Source: Enterovibrio norvegicus
GTDB taxonomy: Bacteria; Pseudomonadota; Gammaproteobacteria; Enterobacterales; Vibrionaceae
Length of the DNA stretch: 24,000 bases
Direction of reading: 5' to 3'
Assembly: GCF_002876705.1 (NCBI RefSeq)
Contig: NZ_MDAG01000046.1
Coordinates: 53,175 to 77,174, forward strand
In this document: positions 10,294-17,788 of the stretch, one piece after another
How the letters are laid out: every line of letters starts with the position of its first letter
How positions within the stretch are numbered: the stretch's first letter is position 1
The notes under the pieces: generated by a model
Seen by the model: the letters and a program-made list of their open reading frames with translations, nothing else
Databases searched by the model: none
What the model was told of the DNA's origin: nothing
Translations under genes and position numbers: made by a program

Positions 10294-12852
10294 TTATGCC
10301 GTTTGCTTCAGGCGGCGACGTTGATTCCACGCCAAACCAGCCAGTAGCAATAAAGTTGGTACAAATACCCATTCTTTCATCGGACGTTCAGCCGGTGTGC
10401 TGACTTGAACCACTTCCCAATCAAAATCGATACCTGCTTTCTCTGCAGGGCTACCGAACTGAATCATGTCGATGTACTTGCCGCCGTCCTCGTCACGTAG
10501 CTCTAAACCCGTCGACAAGACGCGCGCCAAGCCTTCTGCTTTTGCGGTATCAACAGGTAGGTGCACGTGCTTAGTGACGATGTTGCCGTCGATATTCTCG
10601 CCCTTCACTTGAATGTTCAGGGTTTGGCCATCGGGCAATGTTTCCGCCACTTTGATGATTTCTGTGCCCGCGTAGTCGTTGGTTGGTGCGTAAAGCTCAT
10701 CCCAGAAGAACCCTGGACGGAACAGTGCGAACGTGATCAACAGCATGGCGACGGTTTCATACCATTTGTTCTTCGTCAGCCACCAACCTTGTGTGGCAGC
10801 AGAGAACACCAACATGGCGACGACCGCCGAGAATATGGTAAGGAACAAGTGCAACGGCCCATCAAGATCCATCAACAACAGCTGTGTATTGAAGATGAAC
10901 ATGAATGGCAAAATCGCGGTTCGAATATCGTAGGTGAAGCCTTGGATACCCGTCTTTATGGGGTCTGATTTCGCGATCGCTGCGGCTGCAAATGCGGCCA
11001 AACCAACGGGCGGTGTGTCATCCGCGAGGATACCGAAGTAGAACACGAACAAGTGAACCGCAATCAATGGAATGATCAGGCCTTCTTGCGCACCCAAGGT
11101 CACGATAACGGGCGCCATCAGGGTCGATACCACGATGTAGTTTGCCGTGGTCGGCAAGCCCATACCCAAGATCAAGCTGATAACCGCCGTAAATAACAGC
11201 ATCAGAATGATGTTACCGCCAGAGATGAACTCAACGAAGTCGGTCATGACTAAGCCGATACCTGTTAGCGTGACCACGCCGACAACGATACCTGCTGCAG
11301 CCGTTGCTACACCGATACCGATCATGTTGCGCGCACCTGCGACAAAACCTTCTGCTAAGTCGACAAAGCCTGCTTTTATCGCTGCGGCAAATTCACCTTC
11401 TTTGCGGAAGAAAGCCATCAATGGGCGCTGGGTAACAACAATGAACATCATGAACAAGGTTGCCCAGAATGCAGACAGACCTGGGGAGAAGCGCTCTACC
11501 ATCAAGCACCACACCAACACGACAATCGGTAGCAGATAGTAAAGACCTGAGCGAACAGTCGGGCCTGGATCGGGCACTTCTGAAAGGTCTGTGGCGGCAG
11601 GGTCTTCAACCGCTTCTTTTTTGAATTGTGAAGAGTAGCGTACGAGTGCGACGTAAGCGGCAAATATCAACACGCCAATGATTGGACTTGCTGCTGCACC
11701 GAATACATCTTTCGTCCAACCGATACCGTAGTAAACCGCGAAGCTCAGTACGCAGATACCGATAACGATAACCACGATGTTCTGAAGGGTTTGTAGGAAT
11801 GTCGACGTATGGCGACGTGGCAAACCTGTCATGCCCGCCTTACACGCTTCAAGGTGAACGATATAAATCAGTGCGATGTAAGAAATGATGGCTGGCAAGA
11901 TCGCCGCTTTAATGACTTCGATATACGGAATACCCACGTATTCCACCATCAAAAACGCCGCTGCCCCCATGATAGGTGGCGTAAGCTGACCGTTCGTTGA
12001 CGCCGCAACCTCGACTGCACCTGCTTTCGTGCCAGGGAAGCCAACACGTTTCATCAACGGAATGGTAAAGGTACCTGTGGTTACAACGTTGGCGATAGAA
12101 GAGCCTGAAATCAGGCCTGATAGACCCGATGCAACAACCGCTGCTTTTGCTGGGCCGCCACGCATGTGGCCAAGCAAAGAGAACGCGACTTTGATGAAGT
12201 AGCCACCTGCGCCTGCACGATCAAGTAATGCGCCGAACAAAACAAACAGGAATACAAACGAGGTCGACACGCCAAGGGCAACACCGAAGACACCTTCGGT
12301 TGTTAGCCACATGTGTGACATGGTTTTGTTGAGGCTTGCACCTTTGTGCGCGATCACATCTGGCATGTGTGGACCCGCAAAGGTGTATACCAAGAAGACA
12401 GCAGCAACCACCATCAACGGTGGTCCAAGTGCTCGGCGCGTGGCTTCTAAGAGCAGAACCATACCTGTGACGGCAACAACAATATCAGTCGATGTTGGTG
12501 CCCCTGCGCGCGTAGCGAGATCGGAGTAGAAAAGGAAAAGATACGCGGCTGAAAAACTGCCTGCGAGAGCAAAGATCCAATCTTGGAGTGGAATGCGATC
12601 TCGTGGCGAACTTCTTAGAGCTGGGTAAGCGGTAAATGCGAGAAAAATAGCAAACGCAAGGTGGATAGAGCGCGCTTCTGTATCGTTTAGCGCAACAGTA
12701 AAGGGTGATGCGTACCAGAGCTGGAATATGGACCAGCACAATGGAACGAACCACAGGATACGTCCTGGGATCCCTGAAGGTGATCGGGCACCAGTGTCCG
12801 CTTGCGCGACGATGTCCTGTGCGTCGAGCGGTGTCTCGGTCGTCTTCGTCAT
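10294..12852 (-). CDS. TRAP transporter fused 4TM/12TM permease (TAXI-associated type) with an additional C-terminal domain flanked by TM helices
   Basis: The body matches fused TAXI-TRAP permeases as I recall them: EATRRALGPPL, LTTEGVFGVALGVSTSFVFLFVLFGALLDRAGAG.YFI, RGGPAKAAVVASGLSGLISGSSIANVVTTGTFTIPLMKR and STNGQLTPPIMGAAAFLMVEY. I chose the ATG at 12852 (MTKTTETPLD...), which has AAGGGA 7 nt upstream. The track ORF begins 7 codons earlier at a TTG (12873). About 150 C-terminal residues lie beyond the DctM-like core. Confidence 0.88.
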   Translation of the reverse strand: MTKTTETPLDAQDIVAQADTGARSPSGIPGRILWFVPLCWSIFQLWYASPFTVALNDTEARSIHLAFAIFLAFTAYPALRSSPRDRIPLQDWIFALAGSFSAAYLFLFYSDLATRAGAPTSTDIVVAVTGMVLLLEATRRALGPPLMVVAAVFLVYTFAGPHMPDVIAHKGASLNKTMSHMWLTTEGVFGVALGVSTSFVFLFVLFGALLDRAGAGGYFIKVAFSLLGHMRGGPAKAAVVASGLSGLISGSSIANVVTTGTFTIPLMKRVGFPGTKAGAVEVAASTNGQLTPPIMGAAAFLMVEYVGIPYIEVIKAAILPAIISYIALIYIVHLEACKAGMTGLPRRHTSTFLQTLQNIVVIVIGICVLSFAVYYGIGWTKDVFGAAASPIIGVLIFAAYVALVRYSSQFKKEAVEDPAATDLSEVPDPGPTVRSGLYYLLPIVVLVWCLMVERFSPGLSAFWATLFMMFIVVTQRPLMAFFRKEGEFAAAIKAGFVDLAEGFVAGARNMIGIGVATAAAGIVVGVVTLTGIGLVMTDFVEFISGGNIILMLLFTAVISLILGMGLPTTANYIVVSTLMAPVIVTLGAQEGLIIPLIAVHLFVFYFGILADDTPPVGLAAFAAAAIAKSDPIKTGIQGFTYDIRTAILPFMFIFNTQLLLMDLDGPLHLFLTIFSAVVAMLVFSAATQGWWLTKNKWYETVAMLLITFALFRPGFFWDELYAPTNDYAGTEIIKVAETLPDGQTLNIQVKGENIDGNIVTKHVHLPVDTAKAEGLARVLSTGLELRDEDGGKYIDMIQFGSPAEKAGIDFDWEVVQVSTPAERPMKEWVFVPTLLLLAGLAWNQRRRLKQTA

Positions 12853-12910
12853 GCCATTGTCCCTTATCGGCAAATGAAAGTGTAAAATTTACTGACACAA
12901 GATGAGGAGA

Positions 12911-12929
12911 ACCCGCCAGTTTGGCGGGT
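12911..12929 (-). promoter_or_regulatory. Stable hairpin in the 5' leader or upstream region of the TRAP permease gene
   Basis: ACCCGCC (12911-12917) pairs with GGCGGGT (12923-12929), about 60 nt upstream of the start codon. On the minus-strand RNA it is followed by the pyrimidine-rich UUCUCCUCAUCUU rather than a clean U-run. Its function is unknown; it could be an attenuator, a leaky terminator or a stabiliser. Confidence 0.3.
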
Positions 12930-13194
12930 CGACTCTACAACGTGTTCACACAAATTTGTTATGGCTTCCCTTGTCACAACTGGTGGCAAGGATTCCGGCT
13001 AACACTCAGTTTATTTTGCTCTATTCGAGTTTCATTGTTGGGAATGATAACAAACTTGTATCCAAAATTTAAAACTAGGGAAATATTTTGTCATGGCATT
13101 TCACAATGATTTGTGGACTAACCGTAGATAAATGCATCACATGCTCAATAGTGAGACACTTAATGATAGTGCAGGGAAGGGTAGAACGAAGAAT

Positions 13195-13227
13195 TAGGCA
13201 GAAAATGTAGGTGTTATTTTCTGCCTA
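13195..13227 (-). terminator. Probable argR terminator hairpin
   Basis: A perfect 12-bp inverted repeat, TAGGCAGAAAAT (13195-13206) and ATTTTCTGCCTA (13216-13227), flanks a 9-nt loop about 35 nt downstream of the argR stop. The minus-strand tail AAUUCUUCG is only moderately U-rich. Confidence 0.5.
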
Positions 13228-13259
13228 GTAGATGTGTTTAAAAAACAAGGGCTGTTTTT

Positions 13260-13730
13260 TTAGCGAGAGTAATCGAATAAATCACACACTGCTTCAAACA
13301 AAGCAACGGTGGTTGTCGCTCTGGTTGGAGTAATGAAGATGGTGTCGTCACCCGCGACCACACCAAGGATGCCTTCCGCTTTCCCCAGTGAATCTAAAAG
13401 ACGCGCAATTAATTGTGCTGCGCCAGGGCCTGTGTGAATCACAACCAATGCATCGTTGTAATCAATGTCCATCACCAACTCTTTGAGCGGACTGCTGGTG
13501 GTTGGTACGCCGAGTTCTACTGGCAGGCAGTAAACCATTTCCATTTTCGCATTTCGCGTACGGACGGCACCAAACTTAGTCAGCATGCGAGACACTTTAG
13601 ATTGGTTGATGTTCTCAAAGCCTTGCGCTTTTAACGCATCAACAATTTCGCCCTGGGAGCTGAATTTTTCCTCTTTTAGGATCGCTTTAAACGCTTTCAC
13701 TAATAGGTCTTGTTTATCTGAATTACGCAT
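13260..13730 (-). CDS. argR: Arginine repressor ArgR
   Basis: The 156-aa product is nearly colinear with E. coli ArgR. Matching blocks include [64 protein letters not shown] and [29 protein letters not shown]. It is adjacent and divergent to mdh, as in E. coli. Confidence 0.95.
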   Translation of the reverse strand: MRNSDKQDLLVKAFKAILKEEKFSSQGEIVDALKAQGFENINQSKVSRMLTKFGAVRTRNAKMEMVYCLPVELGVPTTSSPLKELVMDIDYNDALVVIHTGPGAAQLIARLLDSLGKAEGILGVVAGDDTIFITPTRATTTVALFEAVCDLFDYSR

Positions 13731-13763
13731 TTTTTTTCTTTCCCAGTGTCAGAATGGCGCATT

Positions 13764-13781
13764 TTTGCATAGTGATTCAGT
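13764..13781. promoter_or_regulatory. Candidate ARG box (ArgR operator) upstream of argR
   Basis: TTTGCATagtgATTCAGT matches the ARG-box pattern TGAAT/TGCAT-N4-ATTCA and is centred about 42 nt upstream of the argR ATG. The central four bases are not A/T-only, and I could not find a convincing second box at the canonical 3-bp spacing. Confidence 0.3.
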
Positions 13782-14045
13782 CATGGGCAATAAAATCCGC
13801 AGTAAAGTGACGCACTAATCACCTTTCAACAGACTCTGGTCATTGCTTTTCGCCTGTAAAAAAGAAAATTGAGAAGCGGGGCTTATCCTCACAGTCGTAG
13901 GCTTGTCGCTGAAGGTAATAGGCACGTATGATGCTTGTGAATTCATTTTTTGTGTCATTTCCTGTGAGTATCGTGCCGCTGTCGGCATCGCAATGGAATG
14001 CCACCAAAGGTCTGAAATATAAAAATCGTAAATAAGGAGAACGAG

Positions 14046-14981
14046 ATGAAAGTTGCTGTGATTGGCGCCGCTGGCGGCATTGGTCAGGCGTTAGCCCTGC
14101 TTCTGAAAAACAACCTGCCTGCGGGTTCAGATCTGGCACTGTATGACATTGCCCCTGTAACACCAGGTGTTGCGGTTGACCTTAGCCACATCCCTACACC
14201 CGTTTCAATTAAAGGTTTCTGCGGTGAAGATCCAACACCAGCGCTTGAAGGTGCAGATGTCGTTTTGATTTCTGCAGGTGTTGCTCGTAAACCTGGTATG
14301 GATCGTTCTGACCTGTTCAACGTGAACGCTGGCATTGTGCGTTCTCTAAGTGAAAAAATTGCTGACGTATGTCCAAAAGCACTTATCGGTATTATCACTA
14401 ACCCGGTAAACACCACTGTTGCGATTGCTGCAGAAGTGCTTAAAGCGAAGGGTGTTTACGACAAGAAACGCCTCTTCGGTATCACTACGCTGGATATCAT
14501 CCGTTCAGAAACGTTTGTTGCTGAACTGAAAGGTAAAAACCCAAGCGAAATCAGTGTTCCTGTTATTGGCGGCCACTCTGGTGTGACGATTCTTCCTCTA
14601 CTTTCACAAGTTGAAGGTGTTGAGTTCACTGAAGAAGAAGTGGCAGCATTGACACCTCGTATCCAGAACGCGGGTACTGAAGTGGTTGAAGCAAAAGCAG
14701 GCGGTGGCTCAGCAACGCTGTCTATGGGCCAAGCAGCTTGCCGTTTTGGTTTGGCATTGGTTCGCGCAGCACAAGGCGAGAAAGACGTTATTGAATGTGC
14801 ATACGTTGAGGGTGACGGTAAGTACGCTCGCTTCTTCGCACAACCAGTACGTTTGGGTAAAGATGGCGTAGAAGAAATTCTTGACCACGGCCCATTGAGT
14901 GCATTTGAGCAAAATGCGCTTGATAGCATGCTAGATACGCTACGTGGTGATATCACCATGGGCGAAGAGTTTGTTAAGTAA
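14046..14981 (+). CDS. mdh: Malate dehydrogenase (NAD-dependent)
   Basis: The 311-aa product starts [21 protein letters not shown], a Rossmann GxGxxG fold. It also has [24 protein letters not shown] and [17 protein letters not shown], essentially the enterobacterial/vibrio Mdh sequence. An AAGGAGA Shine-Dalgarno lies at 14034-14040. Confidence 0.97.
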   Translation: MKVAVIGAAGGIGQALALLLKNNLPAGSDLALYDIAPVTPGVAVDLSHIPTPVSIKGFCGEDPTPALEGADVVLISAGVARKPGMDRSDLFNVNAGIVRSLSEKIADVCPKALIGIITNPVNTTVAIAAEVLKAKGVYDKKRLFGITTLDIIRSETFVAELKGKNPSEISVPVIGGHSGVTILPLLSQVEGVEFTEEEVAALTPRIQNAGTEVVEAKAGGGSATLSMGQAACRFGLALVRAAQGEKDVIECAYVEGDGKYARFFAQPVRLGKDGVEEILDHGPLSAFEQNALDSMLDTLRGDITMGEEFVK

Positions 14982-15011
14982 CTGACGAACTTAATCAATT
15001 AGAACGTAAGG

Positions 15012-15040
15012 AAAAAAGCGGCTAAAAGCCGCTTTTTTTT
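15012..15040. terminator. Bidirectional Rho-independent terminator between mdh and the convergent lipoprotein gene
   Basis: AGCGGCT (15017-15023) pairs with AGCCGCT (15027-15033). An A6 run lies on the left and a T8 run on the right. Confidence 0.8.
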
Positions 15041-15089
15041 GTCTTTCAGCGCCAATGTTCTGTATGGAACAGGACGGTCTGAGTCATCA

Positions 15090-15776
15090 CTATTCCTGCT
15101 CGAAATTCCCGTCTAAGGCTTTACCAAGTCGTTCTACCCACCAGTTAATGGCGTCTTTGGCGTCATCCAGTGAATCGATCATTGTCGCAAGATCTTTGTT
15201 GCCGGTCTCACGATCAATGACAGCGAAAAGAGGCCTGTCTGTTTTTGCGTCACTGACCAGTAACTCGACGGTGGCACCGCCAACGTTCGTGTGTTCACCT
15301 GTGGTGATTTTAGAGATCGTTGAAATGCCTAACCCTACAGGTAATAGGCTACTTGTTACCGCTAAGATAGGGTTTGGTGTTTCTACATTGCTGAGTGCAA
15401 AGCTTAGACGCAGGCTGTTCTCTCCTGGGGTGTCGACAATGGGCTTATACGCTGTGATTTTTTCTTTGAGTCGAGCAATAAAATAGGCGGTTAGTTCATT
15501 AATCTGATCATCATCTAACGCATTGTCTTCGCTGGTTAACACATAAATACGATCGATGACGACTGAATCATATTGGGCGAGCTTTTTCTTTAATCGCGCT
15601 TCGGTGCGCAGACCTACTCTCGCCCAAACGAGGTCAACGCCGCCCTCTGGGCCTGCTCTAAAATCTTCATAAGTGGTGAAGGATGTAGCTGGAATGCGAT
15701 TGCCTGACGCACAGCCAAGTAGGAGTACGCTGGTAAGCGCGGCGAATGCAATTTTAGAAAGTGAAGACGTCAACAT
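15090..15776 (-). CDS. Putative lipoprotein of unknown function (resembles the DUF3313 family, from memory)
   Basis: The track ORF extends to 15881, but that extension overlaps the ispB 3' end and the ispB terminator. The internal Met at 15776 gives MLTSSLSKIAFAALTSVLLLGCASGN, a classical lipoprotein signal peptide with lipobox LLGC, preceded by AAGGAA. The result is a 228-aa protein. The family assignment is not verified. Confidence 0.75.
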   Translation of the reverse strand: MLTSSLSKIAFAALTSVLLLGCASGNRIPATSFTTYEDFRAGPEGGVDLVWARVGLRTEARLKKKLAQYDSVVIDRIYVLTSEDNALDDDQINELTAYFIARLKEKITAYKPIVDTPGENSLRLSFALSNVETPNPILAVTSSLLPVGLGISTISKITTGEHTNVGGATVELLVSDAKTDRPLFAVIDRETGNKDLATMIDSLDDAKDAINWWVERLGKALDGNFEQE

Positions 15777-15821
15777 GTGTTCCTTGTCATGAAGAATGTG
15801 AGGATGGGAGTAATGTAGATA

Positions 15822-15850
15822 GAAAAACGCACTCAAGGAGAGTGCGTTTA
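15822..15850 (-). terminator. Rho-independent terminator after ispB
   Basis: AAACGCACTC (15825-15834) pairs perfectly with GAGTGCGTTT (15840-15849) around a 5-nt loop. On the minus strand the stem runs into a U5 tract (complement of 15823-15827). It lies about 10 nt downstream of the ispB stop. Confidence 0.7.
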
Positions 15851-15858
15851 GGGTAAAT

Positions 15859-16830
15859 TTATTTTTTGCGGTTGACTGCAAGATGCGCGAGGGCTTTCAG
15901 CGCTTCTTTATAGGGCGACTCAGGAATAGGCGCGAGGGCAAGAATCGCTTTCTCTGCTTCTTCTTCTGCACGTTGCTGCGTGTATTCCAGTGAGCCGTGT
16001 TGCTTCATGCAGGCAAGGATCTGTTCGAGCTTATCAAGGCCATTGGCTTTCTCGATCGCTTCGCGGATCATTGCAATTTGATCTTGATCTCCGTGCGCCA
16101 TGGCGTGAAGCAATGGCAGGGTTGGTTTACCCTCCGCAAGATCATCGCCCGTATTTTTACCCATCTCGTCGCCTTGAGAGGTGTAATCCATGACATCGTC
16201 GATCAATTGGAATGCAGTGCCAAGGTAGCGCCCGTAATCTTGCATTGCTTTTTCGATGTCTTCTGGCGCATCAGCCAAAATGGCACCGATTTGCGTCGCG
16301 GCTTCAAACAAACGTGCAGTTTTTGAGTAGATAACCTGCATGTAGCTTTCTTCGGTGGTATCAGGATCGTTGCAGTTCATTAGCTGCAAAACTTCACCTT
16401 CAGCAATCACATTGGTCGCATGGCTCATTAGATCGAGGATCTTCAAGGATCGAAGTTCCGTCATCATCTGGAAAGAGCGCGTATAAATGTAATCACCAAC
16501 CAAAACGCTGGCAGCATTACCAAACATGGCGTTGGCTGTTGCTTTGCCTCGACGAAGATCTGACTCATCGACAACATCATCATGAAGCAAAGTGGCGGTG
16601 TGAATGAACTCAATGAAAGCGGCTGCCGTGCAGTGACCCTCTCCTTGATAGTCAAGCGCGCGGGCAGAAAGAACTGCCAACATTGGGCGCAGGCGTTTCC
16701 CGCCACCACTGACGATATAAAAACCAAGTTGGTTAATCAGTGCGACATCAGAATTCAGTTGCGCGAGTATTTTTTTATCCACTTTTGCCATGTCATCGGC
16801 AGTAAGTGCTTGGATGGTGTTAAAATCCAT
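15859..16830 (-). CDS. ispB: Octaprenyl diphosphate synthase
   Basis: The 323-aa product carries both polyprenyl synthase aspartate-rich motifs, LLHDDVVDESDLRRG and FQLIDDVMDY. Its length matches E. coli IspB, and it lies divergent from rplU-rpmA as in E. coli. Confidence 0.93.
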   Translation of the reverse strand: MDFNTIQALTADDMAKVDKKILAQLNSDVALINQLGFYIVSGGGKRLRPMLAVLSARALDYQGEGHCTAAAFIEFIHTATLLHDDVVDESDLRRGKATANAMFGNAASVLVGDYIYTRSFQMMTELRSLKILDLMSHATNVIAEGEVLQLMNCNDPDTTEESYMQVIYSKTARLFEAATQIGAILADAPEDIEKAMQDYGRYLGTAFQLIDDVMDYTSQGDEMGKNTGDDLAEGKPTLPLLHAMAHGDQDQIAMIREAIEKANGLDKLEQILACMKQHGSLEYTQQRAEEEAEKAILALAPIPESPYKEALKALAHLAVNRKK

Positions 16831-16984
16831 TGATGCGTCCGGTCCAAGGTAGAATGCAGTACGCTGCTGTCATTTTTGCGATGATATTACACTAAATTTA
16901 GCCCCTCGACACAGGGTCTGTTGCGATAAAGAACAAAGGAATAATCACTGAGCAGGTTTTCACCAATTTTCTTTCATTCCCCCC

Positions 16985-17013
16985 TTGCCAGTTAGCGAAT
17001 CTTGCCGTAGAAT
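16985..17013 (+). promoter_or_regulatory. Predicted sigma70 promoter of rplU-rpmA
   Basis: The -35 hexamer TTGCCA (16985-16990) and the -10 hexamer TAGAAT (17008-17013) are separated by a 17-nt spacer. A GC-rich discriminator, TCGCGCC, follows, as is typical of stringently controlled ribosomal-protein promoters. The implied leader is about 77 nt. Confidence 0.5.
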
Positions 17014-17096
17014 TCGCGCCCTATTGATGAATTAAATGCACCCCTCGCTGCACAATTTTTAAACGCAGTAGGCTGTGCGGAAATGCGGAGAAAACC

Positions 17097-17408
17097 ATGT
17101 ACGCAGTTTTCCAAAGTGGTGGTAAACAACACCGTGTAAGTGAAGGTCAAACCCTTCGCTTGGAAAAGCTAGACATCGAGACTGGCTCAACTGTTGAATT
17201 TGACACTGTTCTGCTGGTAGCTAATGGCGAAGAAATCGCTGTTGGTGCACCATTCGTAGCAGGCGGTAAAGTAACTGCTGAAGTAGTTACTCACGGTCGT
17301 GGCGACAAAGTTAAAATCGTTAAGTTCCGTCGTCGTAAGCATTCTCGTAAGCAAATGGGCCACCGTCAGTGGTTCACTGAAGTCAAAATCACTGGCATCA
17401 GCGCTTAA
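17097..17408 (+). CDS. rplU: 50S ribosomal protein L21
   Basis: The 103-aa product reads [25 protein letters not shown]...[26 protein letters not shown], the canonical L21 sequence. A GGAG Shine-Dalgarno lies at 17087-17090. Confidence 0.97.
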   Translation: MYAVFQSGGKQHRVSEGQTLRLEKLDIETGSTVEFDTVLLVANGEEIAVGAPFVAGGKVTAEVVTHGRGDKVKIVKFRRRKHSRKQMGHRQWFTEVKITGISA

Positions 17409-17425
17409 TTTAGGAGAAGAGATAA

Positions 17426-17683
<258 letters not shown>

Positions 17684-17705
17684 TAGCACTCGATTCTAAT
17701 TTAGA

Positions 17706-17731
17706 AGCCCTGCCTTTAGGCGGGGCTTTTT
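17706..17731 (+). terminator. Rho-independent terminator after rpmA
   Basis: AGCCCTGCC (17706-17714) pairs with GGCGGGGCT (17719-17727) with one U-G pair, around the loop TTTA. A T5 run follows. Confidence 0.8.
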
Positions 17732-17737
17732 GTTGTG

Positions 17738-17788
17738 TACCCAAGTGACTTTAACCTGCTGAATTTTCAGCTTAAAGTCACTTGGGTA
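17738..17788. repeat. Approximately 51-nt nested palindrome (17-bp perfect inverted repeat plus inner 6-bp inverted repeat)
   Basis: TACCCAAGTGACTTTAA (17738-17754) is the exact reverse complement of TTAAAGTCACTTGGGTA (17772-17788). Inside the spacer, GCTGAA (17758-17763) pairs with TTCAGC (17766-17771). Only a CCT bulge (17755-17757) breaks the symmetry. I found a single copy in this window. Confidence 0.85.

Noticed and set aside
12902-13109. Small plus-strand ORFs in the argR-TRAP intergenic region (62 aa from a TTG at 12921; 56 aa from an ATG at 12902)
   Set aside because: Neither has a Shine-Dalgarno, and one has a non-ATG start. They lie antisense to the TRAP leader and their composition is unremarkable. 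They are not remnants of a binding protein as far as I can tell.
13936-13953. Second ARG-box-like sequence TGAATTCATTTTT in the argR-mdh intergenic region
   Set aside because: Only the left half-site (TGAAT) matches. The right half is a T-run, and the apparent symmetry is just an EcoRI-type GAATTC palindrome.
13840-14163. 107-aa minus-strand ORF spanning the mdh start
   Set aside because: It overlaps the mdh Shine-Dalgarno and N-terminus in antisense. It has no supporting signals, and mdh is unambiguous.
15055-15486. 143-aa plus-strand ORF antisense to the lipoprotein gene
   Set aside because: It begins inside or next to the mdh terminator region and has no Shine-Dalgarno. It fully overlaps a better-supported gene that has a lipoprotein signal peptide.
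15777-15881. Upstream extension of the lipoprotein ORF to 15881
   Set aside because: It would overlap the ispB stop and read through the ispB terminator hairpin. The internal Met at 15776 yields a canonical signal peptide and lipobox immediately.
17021-17040. TATTGATGAATTAA in the rplU leader, resembling half of a LuxR/HapR-type operator
   Set aside because: Only one half-site is present, with no dyad partner at the correct spacing.
17738-17788. Possibility that the palindrome is an ERIC/REP element or MITE insertion
   Set aside because: There is no flanking target-site duplication and no second copy in the window. Only an 8-mer resembles the ERIC consensus as I remember it. The question stays open under the structural finding, but I do not call it a mobile element.
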